Source of the DNA: an uncultured Clostridia bacterium
GTDB taxonomy: Bacteria; Bacillota; Clostridia; Christensenellales; CAG-917
Assembly (NCBI GenBank): GCA_947305865.1
Contig: CAMZEU010000002.1
Location: 1,019 to 65,018 of the forward strand
Direction: 5' to 3'
DNA length: 64,000 nt
This document shows positions 53,701 to 55,001 of this stretch, piece after piece. Under the pieces are notes generated by a model. The model was not told the DNA's origin and searched no databases. It worked only from the letters and a program-made list of their open reading frames with translations. Numbering within the stretch: position 1 is the stretch's first letter; each line of letters opens with the position of its first letter. Made by a program: the position numbers and the translations under genes.

Positions 53701-54937
53701 ACGTGCAGTTATTACAATTACTGTATTAGACAGAACTATAACAGCTCTCTCAACAGCAAACGAAACAGCTATTAAGTCAGCTGCTCCAAGTTACTTGTCA
53801 AGAGGCACAACAGCTGCATCAAGCATTACATCAATCAATCCATATGATTATCAAGCACCAACAATGCCAACAAGCTTAACTGTAACAACAGCACAAGGCA
53901 CAAAGACATTCTATTCATCTGACAATGCAAATTATGAAAGCAATAAAGAGTACAAGTTAGTATGGAGTTATTCTAAGTTCAGACCAAGTTATCTCGGTGG
54001 TGTAGTATACATCAACGCATTGTTAACAGGTCCAGATGGAAGCACACAAACATATAGATTACCATTTGCAGTAGAGAAGATGCTCGCAAATAATATCAAT
54101 TCTGTTTATGCTTCATCTCCAAGAACAACTGGAAACTATCCATTCACAAGTACTGTAACAACAGCTGGTAAGGCAAATTCAAGTTATGAAGTAGACCCAT
54201 ATGCTCCACTTTCACAAACATTGCCACAGAACTATAACGTAACATTCACTAAGTCAAAGATTTCATCTATCACAATTGGTGCAGATGGATATCCAACCAA
54301 TGATTACACATACACATCAGATGGTTCACAAACAATGTTATTCGGTTACGCTAAAGTAAGTATGCCAGCAACATTCGCATTGAAGTTGAATACAGACGGA
54401 ACAATTACAGATGGATTAACAAGCAATGATGATAGAATTGCAACAATCTATCTTGGATCACAACAACGTATCACAGCAAACTTCACATTGAAGTCTAGCA
54501 AGACAACAAGCACAACAATTCCAAGCTATACATCCGGAAATATTGCAAACTTCAGATTACCATTTAAACAATCTGGACAAACAGTAAACGGAACAATCGT
54601 ATGGATTGGAACTGCAGTACCAAAGGACTATGAAGGCAACAACAAGTTAACAAAGGCTCAAATTGTAACATTCTCAGCTGGTACTCCATTGTTAAATGGT
54701 TCTGTAAACAGCATCGCACTTCCAGATAAGGGCAGAAAGGTTGTTTACACATTAACAGCAGTTGTTGGTGCATTGGTAGACAAGAATGGTACATTGCTTG
54801 ATACAGAAACATTAACAACATCAAGAACCATTAATGGAATTACATTCCCAGCAGGAACAATTCTTCCAAAATATACTGGAGTTGGATCTAAGTACACAAT
54901 TACAGTAAATCAAAATGGTACAGTTAACGTAGGCTAA
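23636..54937 (+). CDS. giant (10,433 aa) predicted surface lipoprotein of unrecognised family, highly repetitive and modular
   Basis: Uninterrupted 31,302-nt ORF in AT-rich DNA. The other five frames over this span hold only ORFs of 126 aa or less. It has its own promoter, SD and flanking hairpins. N-terminal signal peptide with a lipobox-like LFAC. Internal repeat families are described in separate features and findings. Confidence 0.9.
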   Translation: MKKLYLLLIIVLLITCCCTLFACNKKTNVEPQVIVVDPITQDTAVNTVSSAYAWEKVKNAALNTNTSTAGFLNFNTILGFDFKKNGNGNKFVLQVAGSINQEDTPNSRIYIGLDKITVDNVQSRVAALYYVDGWCYADFTGVKKGAEIVKTDKIDLAYFADRIHNMFAGTSVADLFYNTLLGLDLGSFIDLMSGQTLDGLLTSMLLPETIDIIDLGNGEEQIKFPFQLEDLMDMVLGLLSGVLTDDIKDLVFQVLGLDLSRIDAIVGSEVKVVLDTKIKNGVLKSLELQLDAPLDSIKTDTAGTYGYFTEDISLSVGALQISKGVDPNIYFSDEVGAEEDPASYVLLPDALKEVAKEYSVLDFDITLNAAINTSEKKITIQDIDSALGKLLSNLLNETIPANSPIWGTNINLATTNYALTIDIKGTLNLTDNSKTELEIKLRDALSRGPEERMAIYYVGATKTLYVDISNIIGELGRYKITDLDIAEIVNDALSGINIKSLIENLLSGIGSSEALSEAEIRTYEELLTKLEDGTIPLKISHATTASGTVTSVLDLIIDIVNSIKIEKEDAPYDNLLNIRSLLISISNDAIDYISELIFPATKKDDDGNEIANPLYGSKLPIAGFDISYYNYGVAKEKLINIDLRLGDAQGIFDGMSIGIGINAKFGTTTCAAKSTISRIGDSNFVSLGSIGKLSEISQVLENINLKNIYLKLETQVGFYIAPGTLTDIQVNSLEDYLIKILFDIADKVNASLLLTIEANLDISDGLNSILNSVAKIELYDTSKTIPETGEYKKILGLYLEDKVIYLDAESIGLNKICVDISSFVGDLFKKDEEASSASDALTAADDGGFDFIGLIAAILGDVTVSRDYIELGLATNLISKVFEALGVDISNILTVSLFDADGSGGLRITFKDGLDLSQLEIKLFATLNNQLELNLTIGGFDMAINSDTLHVDNKDEFIDIFMAPYVWLDVEGGMSIKISEATLDLSQNEMITNAMAEAGYDVADLSSSAIQILEAIDVEYDMKIQASIDLWPLISYLNGDKDIYTDKNNSQLLLEIEKISQSLDRKLLIGLYYIGGVLYLDATNFGIDRVAINIDLLELVINLILKDKYVEIKGDDLKPVAEGGYAGPRYVESKDADGNSVYTRDDENGTFKYILDTIRINPSSEASSAGDPDPQLTPVEKQKLAIVIQAEISSTAFMVKLVDGLTQILNEKLGLDLPGIALWLKLAIAPDYVEDANGIYRFVEDKNGEYFVNNKYGNFVVAEPSFTGTKYKKMPNFLSKLGVSAHFGILDENGDDDNGIDVSISKLELQIGELKQVAADNVTNNADKYETITLLDENNNIAIEQAFIELTGAINLSAQGTNGGYEDWTVGDWISAVVSQDSKTIQSILHGLLVRIGVNHNISTTIGFRIALLARFNWENGFDINYVLSHSDLRIELYKGEYVAGGNNTNLITLSLLYQGDVAGVPSSTLFLESDLQIIQNTKIYLDGINLVTLLGLDKSKEEENAEPEQTATPAPSTDPAPSTDEQTSSEEESGGLLSGLTGKGGILSDIPALLNSTIYSVTASMDEIKISFAKNLAAFIVSLIVGDGNDQYIELDDGELNTVGLEDRYAVVYVADDYGNFYQHTNGNYYKIKDATFDGQRYEPRFVSLANNLYKKVDDTYTLLTAEELYTYSGDRYFEYAGNKVKFVGNYYKFTVSDEGTDYTITNIQGFATPLTAAEESDVFKGTRYRADYIALANNFYTKSGNNYALIENIYTFSGEAYYKIGDEYTLFDGTYYKLQSDGSYAVISDEDRKTFDGALYAVNYVKDNNGTYKYVYAMYDYIDQDDGSRYKWLKDFFPINPEDSFLSLEWANTYRLEFSLGITPVALGLELSKIRLSLSDTASVLESPINKAEYNNVLDFEDLTISAAIEINFSLAEASEDNPYAIGDYISVFLAELALKFGITVESEIGVNWELRLDANLNTKDSTKAQILLELRDIEKSKMILGIYLVNSNLYVDMGFLSDYDFVIEGTNFAVLLTNVLNQVLGGMGISFGGTESEATTAAETNSVDAGIILNLAERDIQLKITEAVIFAIISAVIGTGDASNAVDLLQQLGLKLSIDLDLDLRNVALALKIDSSILDPKNSISEVDINGNTVYTTEVYRDFFNMELNIVAPKISFAPTDADIAAIKESIEKAIYTGILLVELTDEEKDHGYGKWVKEPVLLSPKTDYVVGNPIVGTYYTMFDGYFYPASGYFKAEEHYYRIDETTNKTEAIYKLLTARGFGQTVDEEFDFDRFDVFNNNPILSFDLDLFVDLFVSTTFKYEGEKAKNYSPSQRYTKRLSDGRFVQDDDGLYVQQTLSMDELLDALVSLPFVQNLIVSLENNESVGEILGPVVSSLAKQLSFQALYQAPLDLNIVLSIKGNIDLGVLGISSLLTTGDLGELNFDIQTLLSAINLGIEISFNKGDSKSKIGIYLVNGNLVIDLSDLSGPTIKASLFDILSMFDVDASTILNNSEATTSADEEESTIEKVARILNGIVDAVIFETGTQTIPFLNESYSTLDDVKIRFNKNIVANLLELIFKIPFKAEGYELDESNSGLYLFFHDSRFANDPTLVNSEGINPFKGWALEVEASLSNGMYFDMATGIGATIRIGKEAKELLSQENLNAAVEITDYLENLFGTFGLIDKVGTYVTVSTYESEYVDAQDRIDPTSRYNKVVDGYTQVGGLVGEYVLLVGEEDYISAKRFLPLNQYAIYFENGVVADVDNTLRYTRTEVKEGEQTVGYTYEQNSAGEYVLYATQKHVLKSLYLKANDIETLPQTMATFNPTYKYVQNNEGDFVFIKEGEYISAKDYAKYLGQERVAALVRYDREPVYAQSNVGEFVKLVDEYMPVAAYIAFTNVVDVPKEIRYNREDGKYVQKDDGSLVHIDVLYVNITRYCLLNGVTEDSIDRRTRYNFDGYRYSRDDENGEYVRAESLEYNGIDERGIVVDYNLYSTVVADTARYRYIKTVVTQNNQGEYVKLPKGTIISLEDYAYYTGTAIADIPLSIRINADEEPDQNGTRVKTTSEMIVTLAQYCVRNSISDANIDSMVPISIRAAVKEVYDVWADEDGDGYKDWTDSDNDGKDDKTGIAVTTKYTLADYPYTFIPAEYSSQNIYLSLNARLFFETVDKKSVNIGGLLTNWLGDAIIELTSGNIFKDGIGARIAINLDIASLDLSNGLNSILNSDFSNIEIGLELLETDENGQIIVDEYGNTKQKGGLYLYHGTLYLDGMGIFPDANQYSYIPNFMELIQNVINYDFSFQELIDGISNEIGLGTTSAESSTSSEEDRNAILELLTTDTSVQLVLTKSLIAVIIAALLPEVGSVAEVFDQFSLTLGIDFGSSNYKMFSDWRYRDVNGGVYESDAKYYNVEYTTLVEGTDYNVGDIISVVAYTKPGSEYIPAYGCFETSTTYYTLRKTALTVGLDYQLETSINSGVYELVSTETALDYVLDDIAGSKQRYAISDVQKTTYTDVAAFTAKAGYVLGEDANGYKIFSYLTQAQIHNIITNKGSVDVYRLTFVENNAGLYMYVEDDFGQYYACILPLSERYTYHSSIDYELTNGFDEGNESRIPTDIQSEYVDVVKVASQQGQFARAYVENRWLYVDTERYPLMYSFNGEKFYKNASDFYDLYNTTPGFSYTEGLSMIVNTTTKESYTYVYYYNNYYVVSGLYNKLTGYTTDSKGVYYSKLHVFTNIYEYGVTLAFDINGVHAGLTINGLKIDFGAGHSILPQRIIKQQTEGTYTLGIRYKEIYGQAAYDAVQKKDKYKLTKYGYVQDDYGNYIRHDYEYCPLVIFYDSTIELSFSVELELSIDEGKIDIGPLFEDLLGDLDGVSIEIPATTKGYSSAHFRLDASLKIDMYDLSNSELVMELYSIGITGYETLWLGVYYIADVIYINAAVLGLPKMSITSFGIMTYLNTILKDIIGEFYNENVLPDAEDSSSEAGIASDAITANTANGEIDVSVLFDRRTLSVQVANTFIRWALGLVVIDKDSGLTIADLVSQHLIAGVGLDMRLEDGFNLDLNVALGFKGDRFTIIREDQEELAKNKFYAFDRNELGDYVLEDGVLRVIKPSEKVDALSRYTLNENTTLVEGKKKVYFDTYAEAEAAGNYVAYLSAAKSEANMEEYDMNLDLYVGIKNLNIAFNSVHEFKLTAEDIGEYSEVGELEHISLQEVIDITTLFKADSNIDLAEILTYFFPEVDADSIIAEITAESDSHGDIHRIIEAEINMDIKIAALMNYFRQVFTMGTANFNSDFSISDLISIIKAVLNKDDNLNVYQILDDVLSYINTSVVIRTRCGYDELTGQYTDTHNWISIFFVGGEFELLQENNFGVYGYRDDKTTFVDKEHRYSHYFKAADNNGPYYYNADTKKYDLITENFEEDVDTYYYDSTYCYLNENGEYYRHNGGLYVDLSYFNIPSLYLQSTSIEHLFESLSLNDTINGLLGGSEASTPEEKVVASTESDATAAVSFPLLNEEVSGYIRAFLYGLKITSQLTSVIVQPDYINQILKLVMGEDGAIKFSYLDNQEYKYDKDGNVQHASSLTIYADRSAYNFITSSYAFASEINDSNARFLATYNQEEGQYIINPIDYIITMAEFTAEFGTTFTTDPVTAEISNPEVDRRFENAPIRCDSIGNPDVDGDHVKFTRYEYQEKKNLSEAELDYYVAANGLFFDVDMTDTYVYVGNGFTYFGQAEPDASTTGIFNDYTSNFAYFYGIVGNEYVKLTLKDNRYLYIGSSDTPYTGVDVYVSSGKMSKLSKVTKTERRYTYTDVETYYTPVKFTTGDWVLQSDGSYKLYAGMSIVEQSEVDANDRYNMMPMYLTGSVVEVSTDTWQKYRYRTLVNSEYDSIVNHGRIYVDGVKRYMDMIIFTENMAYVTYQAKTTVDGPVRTMYIPEMMNNLLIRPTTYTPVSVTAAEIIAKAKIGTDYCFYGYDLKKYEFVALAWDTTNNYWYLSTDTEHTRYTGALYMLSIHDEYNPIITIPASNVKNDSLMSLQLYLWEHTITIDINVPKIDAVDFTYLTKTDYEAINGPDSAPKAALFSREPQYIYTPIDPVSFTYDNTEEYFFINQGEYYELSDASIYTYGGGTYTLVGTNDFTHGDAWDIKYYIGIPEEDPTIYKLVEKKKVYTRAISKYVYTKDESGEYVRVKIDSSVTYSRFAYSKISEDEFVNGYIAAAANYVYDANTYSYVVSTDPSATLTYKDILFVYDETTYHYVSIRDYEAEHSGYDFTSTTIYKARGIEYVSTDDVYYISLSLDGSMYMNSAKVYKNLADFATSKKSSMYNSKTIWKKDSVAIENANGIYVKVIDNYYGAGDGYYMPVNSYKALTDKPVTDGKFYNLRAQAGNYVRATDGNWYCADNNPAANGHNIIDMLYSEDLIVDTDDIYVFQQGGYAKLGSVLDKKDYVKTHESTQYYLMYSSGATSTLNKVLSGIVGDLGTELDFTSELSGEIEFKITLSYGGTLLLGTNEETGEFQFGLDVFNLELAIDTWRRTNHVDDNTLTHVFGLYYDRDDSVGKSGLYLDLSYFLNEEAKVYIDLSDCPLEDFINSKLYYEKVETYYEATAASEDTDATTASSTVLSGGNMTAAYFNIYTSAFGLSVTSGFLKVLLNNLITGFEQYAGYIPNIEIFIKGELDPYRLAVGLTLDDDEGNALVEAGVRLNGITGDYNTGTVLDFGSLAKYDSIDMTSRDYIFYYGNFVRVDKLGTVSSYDSSVQYYGKDGERKGYVTIASDNYGVAGSWYYTEDGIEAVSGARYNNKVYTRSNKIRVNEDYKQALKLIETNTYASYNFKESKDENDDVIDFYGLVNGNFIKVDYDVYNLVTDNTGLWYYTLDNESACKLAESRFRGEVYFRTTAYGEENYETISVKYNKTIQGWQYVKYDAYGNEITDAYGNVMYYSYPGDVTFVYSGALYRVTPVYGVVDGVESQLTYDAVNGWLYAGNPYDGEIYKKDEAGLATMDYVKIMGLNLEDMFAEGFSLDNLDLGALLGDLKSFELGLNIDFQLTFADIISFTEQMSTFIGKDFNFIATSLTKQGYSFDTVFDISIELKAYLDLARLVSGLTSTSGDKDILSMLVGTTIYAKIGLKSTYLATYNPEQLTDWDATTIILMANLTEDNDSNVLLNLYLDLSDLSRQFPALGDVFDKVKYEGLNLTKIIGSTSAESAIARDSVATSAALELNTADAGDVDMGLLGTFDAGATIYSLLDALVGRVMITNDMLSIGFKETLLGSIVEMISSRLTDEEKSKLPTLRVTNGKDTSGITLDFNDDGHIALYAVIGIESGILSYSNDSAYTPLSDVKYAFDDKTGKYYVAPAATGKNTNVMLSDGEYSLVEYVDKLDRWALQSYVALTAEEKAIRAAVYTTDDGINYTQREYNGNNGLTYYKYVGGNYVELRYADKLLLEKKLYTLSASVYTEYTGVVDPANTYYVETGNFTYTMVPRYIAITNAERAILEATLYTKSGNNYVVETGAFDATKTYYIDSGINKVELTAEQRLILLKATFTTTNGTTFVETAFDKTDETTTYYFLDSYEMIREIDGNGSYLYLGYYNIELKASNIYARINKDFSVDDKIDKDGIHYEVYKDITKLTLNLNIEFDISLYGNSDPGITGNDNVVDLSQILNLVANLINNEDIVEAFEGAELYTRFKGDIGSDSNPTYNLSLNVFIDIADFKNLQATIELKQYKKLGPGEAFTGEFMPNPVLSAYLFNDNIYVDAHGLLGDAGLISIDNLGLAKLLDTIEIAGTKLGTFLGHDMSAYEDKSSGEATTAAHVMDNVEDVSTVFGTAAYLLMTTFPRQFFIQLNSAAVNAIINRIREAQGKANSDYLPDIGALLISFDSDNTDEILYTNIYAKVTDSFYLALEAKKVTWSREKQPCEFNIDSILQVSSYTSSNTIFTSGSDKQYYRYEKATYIALTDEQAAQLSANGTIIYKNYTGDANRPAFIAKSDINFVKVGNNYEYSSTGTPIYMTPVKYESAANYTYFRYQQDNYIEIPMYKGDRYKLVGSTYELDPKGTYYYDKEEEIYKTLVGGTLEQVKAGTAHYQNNYTGTIYESRFQSVYDIGTGDIKLETLSLSVTGELNLTSDGIVKGQTNYDKTFSYWIAKFLADLLGESDLAGGILKGITADKISLIFPQKTINVVINIMADVNIPAIVKYGISGILYSDIYLQLIEGAPINKTFMEIYYLGSSRLTQTGNIYTLSPNGTIFSDCIYLNLEGLGLGSIAFHGLTGILGAKQPDYVTASTTAETEASEAVTSAASSSLYLELGIEHGGFSLKLEKSVIDFALGLLDLDIDLSEMPLQYIELESRYSLDVGVSDLSITAVLDSVGTMLGIKLGNFDISFSERKLDLEAKIAACQYGSAGITYSKVAGIGALLQNVIDSLNVGLTIHIDRKVDTINLTTLSWFTWKGRRDNRYTSVTLNGIKTKSSIDAEPASYKLKFSISALHPSAASSPMTANLYFYNNDLVLGGFDLQTTIADILGNFLKKIDLGSGKPMFEFANVMGADTAEYTYPSSTTTDPAKDTTTSAADQYKNGNYKYAANLEGLIAGLELDFCTSNNYHPYYSGMGTIDGSAATDMKYVSVHIEFGKQAFNELLIFLYTTVLSLLQGKEGEESKGIDTSSNWADSDDAYFVKMSAFSWTSDGEGSESQLDSNVDSTYGVSGGLAKMFEHIDSLTTTAARVNFLEPIIKSIPVALLRTILYNVAGVSATLISLAGTVAGGTLGNFCRLVGAILPLPFASMSSSVANPSAHIYIDLDPDPSVYNRSGYTMHPGVQAIELYINAQKVVLGSPANSLNGTQIYTWGGYSSYRGATDTSTQTKYTIPSLGNGVTNMSNTQQMLVLRIDPYSTESNSITSPLLGFDEADAASLIGTAPSEIYITDPANRSGYVKVGSSSQDFVLNATAFQDTSIFPAKANVTFTNGEPSSDTGGTVVVWDAGGVDFTPYEGEIGEKFAGYVYGYALNICVAAVPVYVTNDYGFKSIKAYKYDGSTWKTEAITRDMQSNVDDLPDMVKISFQTGGTYTFATIAKDMNGADLLARYDTENDGKTHVTGPAYKTRVRFDSDGNVILTTGLSTNTTTSTWYYQHKDEDGVLYYTKGSATGARIEVDSITDPLYALFDSSKNTAFNKLKLSRNYPAGSISWNYGDYKYNFHNASVQVGFSYSWGFTSQSQKITIPMVNYEITKAGVTKYLQDSAGQNYVKTFTNLNSLTLANVITDTNSNGKIDKAEFVSYIKSFKYVSGKYTSNKSFSGISAEWDTSLLEDAIDDITEDGVIKFYEGLNVTIPLYIGGKEYKLKQFKTATGDSYGFNGNADEDTVCKTPYAQAGYVSQVIYVTITVSSSKVDSISSEFTFNPYSSDDIDATAGINTGSGLDITTSFGDQVMVVMKGAKKATSISYASETAKISGPYYVARRLATLNVKETDLIVPGTNGTKTMAEFIERYVSYDGLEENDYRVYVKLIIGNSSTGGEQVFYKQVTFAKLTPTVVTRDVTDTFNPYWYKGEDANHVGYNTLNVSFKEISGTVAMTPDWSQVKYYSDAGRTKEISNIAKGGIVYATVPAKVTIGTGTEAKALALKYVKDDDGNESYVPQTIVVKLKVQTKSVKAITFYKDDVYGTNTIINNSSTLLNVSNYSSSVYAPHVSQDGTVYSIDTKAYSLNPEYYFRAPDQTADDYKTIVERAWNCIRGITGYNTSLIRRQVQENCTIVCVEEYNGTKTLAIISSWDYTTYTNNVSEKSVSARISFTIGNQVFYTTLLTPSYKIDNVELLNEDETPFTGFAADEDELVYDARTAWTAPSKVKATIDWKYAFNNVTTMNAQDVLSAYFPYLTNASQIKYYRELNGAYVATEDWVNEVYYKVASAYYVTYDKYVEVKGNVAIDDAKKYKIGTMTVATVADAESTSLYLNTAGQFTPLNEAEPATYIENNPGAVFVFSTEGDTYYNIVEESTTGLYVKIAAAGEYIDFTDYCAFEEIIAKTYTGENVYVKNGGVYTAANTALFVKAYDYDTISDVSVRFVGINGTIEAGVVPSLADLFENAEGKFVWMYVDIFSEASLIKQTRAYKVKFEHLDDKITKIEFSYDDLSTDDDLAKEYGIVDFGTMPTKARVTIGEGDDTMTLERVVSWTLFDTYTTEELTNRVVTREGRLGTGLPFADGAKLFIGGAEADATSYTLSGTTISFNTTIIPADKVEIVSGLDTTTWNDADDKTFTLKSSEFANGLPTTVTYYTTIGGVQETKVVTIEWLNVVDLTPVTYTTSGVTNRIVYAKAICDNISILNIVDLTIEPINVLGIESINNEVRFVYDPYGIITDADLNADEEKVLFNDGDTVGVQISYVSGEDTITSTVDVVVNILDDTLLKASRDATKCNSVFGKTIDLPIRYNFADGTVVDATIAVYIEDRTIKRVENAALRSMVVDPYYYSSFGTLFDENNEMIEGGYGYPEKVSMTMKNRLADNNATLTHYVTLPNDSIIADALKKGGYINSSYQLLVGYKVNDDVYAYQYITMPISVINRTIASEFFVMPDNYKLSKVTESSSKLTLTYVEETSGNLMRFVYSKGSNRPETIYFDNAFDFDLDIIPSQMNISFSNGEGRNYYIRKTALSDIASAEDAKKVQRADMTIEVLNKNPQDTDDVVVLDTFKIEIVRSANTVTKFNSDIVYDDEFAYKYVFDPYTSNYADSIYNTENYNTAGEKNFAETGIFYVDGTYVLKATYDDKYANVRYITTPIASMAQYSSWVANGKTADGEYVYKVLKDGGNNTIYYRYNSDTKSYYPVAEAQDAYVFMYTIATTVNLTWDTSKVRYTYAGGIHSATVTITGSNGIAKETMQAPLSFVDRTIDNDTDGKGGIKVGSSYVTSLSFDPWTTTNHEYVDYLNARNNDGYAGVRYYLAKDGSYEKATLYYDSVRDTYYKLNGNAYASTTEKTGAIDISDAKYKAVNYVLGYDSNHTAITEERFVEMTDYEIYGTYKYLSNTGKVYFNGTSINYSSVTWNVLSVTIDYAGGEYKAYAYINGFGEYNFNGNKVGTQRAVITITVLDRTITALSTANETAIKSAAPSYLSRGTTAASSITSINPYDYQAPTMPTSLTVTTAQGTKTFYSSDNANYESNKEYKLVWSYSKFRPSYLGGVVYINALLTGPDGSTQTYRLPFAVEKMLANNINSVYASSPRTTGNYPFTSTVTTAGKANSSYEVDPYAPLSQTLPQNYNVTFTKSKISSITIGADGYPTNDYTYTSDGSQTMLFGYAKVSMPATFALKLNTDGTITDGLTSNDDRIATIYLGSQQRITANFTLKSSKTTSTTIPSYTSGNIANFRLPFKQSGQTVNGTIVWIGTAVPKDYEGNNKLTKAQIVTFSAGTPLLNGSVNSIALPDKGRKVVYTLTAVVGALVDKNGTLLDTETLTTSRTINGITFPAGTILPKYTGVGSKYTITVNQNGTVNVG
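28541..29160 (+). repeat. tandem aromatic repeats (87 aa, 73 aa, plus a partial third copy) inside the giant ORF
   Basis: ATFDGQRYEPRFVSLANNLYKKVDDTYTLLTAEELYTYSGDRYFEYAGNKVKFVGNYYKF (from 28541) aligns with DVFKGTRYRADYIALANNFYTKSGNNYALIENIYTFSGEAYYKIGDEYTLFDGTYYKL (from 28802). A third copy, TFDGALYAVNYVKDNNGTYKY, starts at 29021. Confidence 0.75.
31701..32870 (+). repeat. about 8 degenerate ~45-aa RY...GE[YF]V repeats inside the giant ORF
   Basis: SRYNKVVDGYTQVGGLVGEYV; LRYTRTEVKEGEQTVGYTYEQNSAGEYV; YKYVQNNEGDFV; VRYDREPVYAQSNVGEFV; IRYNREDGKYVQKDDGSLV; TRYNFDGYRYSRDDENGEYV; ARYRYIKTVVTQNNQGEYV. Each is followed by an aromatic ...Y..Y... segment. Confidence 0.7.
42710..43260 (+). repeat. 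four ~45-55-aa repeats (LTAEE-x-IL-x-AT ... YT..G.NY..ETG...TYY) inside the giant ORF
   Basis: LTAEEKAIRAAVYTTDDGINYTQREYNGNNGLTYYKY / ITNAERAILEATLYTKSGNNYVVETGAFDATKTYYIDSG / LTAEQRLILLKATFTTTNGTTFVETAFDKTDETTTYYFLDS, plus a more diverged copy in between. Confidence 0.7.
47260..54934 (+). repeat. C-terminal array of ~110-250-aa beta-sandwich-like units delimited by [DN]-P-[YW] and DRTI-type motifs
   Basis: [FVI]-[DN]-P-[YW] read in frame at 48704, 49130, 51542, 51878, 52637, 53204, 53837 and 54194. IEDRTI 51821, VINRTI 52157, FVDRTI 53120, VLDRTI 53723. Recurrent internal pattern: W-x-x-S/L...Y-x-GG...V-x-I-T-G. Confidence 0.6.
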
Positions 54938-54966
54938 TATTATTAGTCTTAACTAAAAAACAAAAT

Positions 54967-54990
54967 CCTCCCCGTGTAAAAGCGGGGAGG
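54967..54990 (+). promoter_or_regulatory. GC-rich hairpin 30 nt after the giant ORF stop that includes the SD of the next gene
   Basis: CCTCCCCG (54967-54974) - TGTAAAAG - CGGGGAGG (54983-54990). No U-tract on the plus strand; an A-run lies upstream. The right arm is the only SD-like sequence before ATG 55002. Confidence 0.5.
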
Positions 54991-55001
54991 TGTACATTAA
55001 A

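Noticed and set aside
24664-54824. Dozens of 60-126-aa ORFs antisense to or out of frame with the giant ORF (for example 34929-35309, 28809-29156, 36016-36369, 31249-31503).
   Set aside because: All lie entirely within the 31.3-kb ORF and have odd His/Leu/Ser/Cys-rich, low-complexity translations. None has an SD or promoter that I could see. They are the expected by-product of a long purine-rich coding strand.
23636-54937. The giant ORF as a member of a known giant-protein class (Ebh/FIVAR-GA, RTX adhesin/T1SS substrate, sortase-anchored LPXTG adhesin, RHS/YD polymorphic toxin).
   Set aside because: No helical FIVAR/GA-type repeats. No GGxGxD nonapeptides and no neighbouring ABC/MFP genes. 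The C-terminus lacks LPXTG plus a TM segment and basic tail. Some inserts have a YD-like rhythm, but I found no RHS core motif or C-terminal toxin/immunity pair. These exclusions are by eye and should be confirmed with profile searches.
23636-54937. The giant ORF as an assembly artefact (collapsed or concatenated repeats).
   Set aside because: The internal repeats are degenerate at the nucleotide level. The best distant match I saw is 22/24 nt, and the tandem copies differ at most codons. Codon usage and base composition look uniform with the flanking genes, and the frame never breaks. Long-read verification is still recommended.
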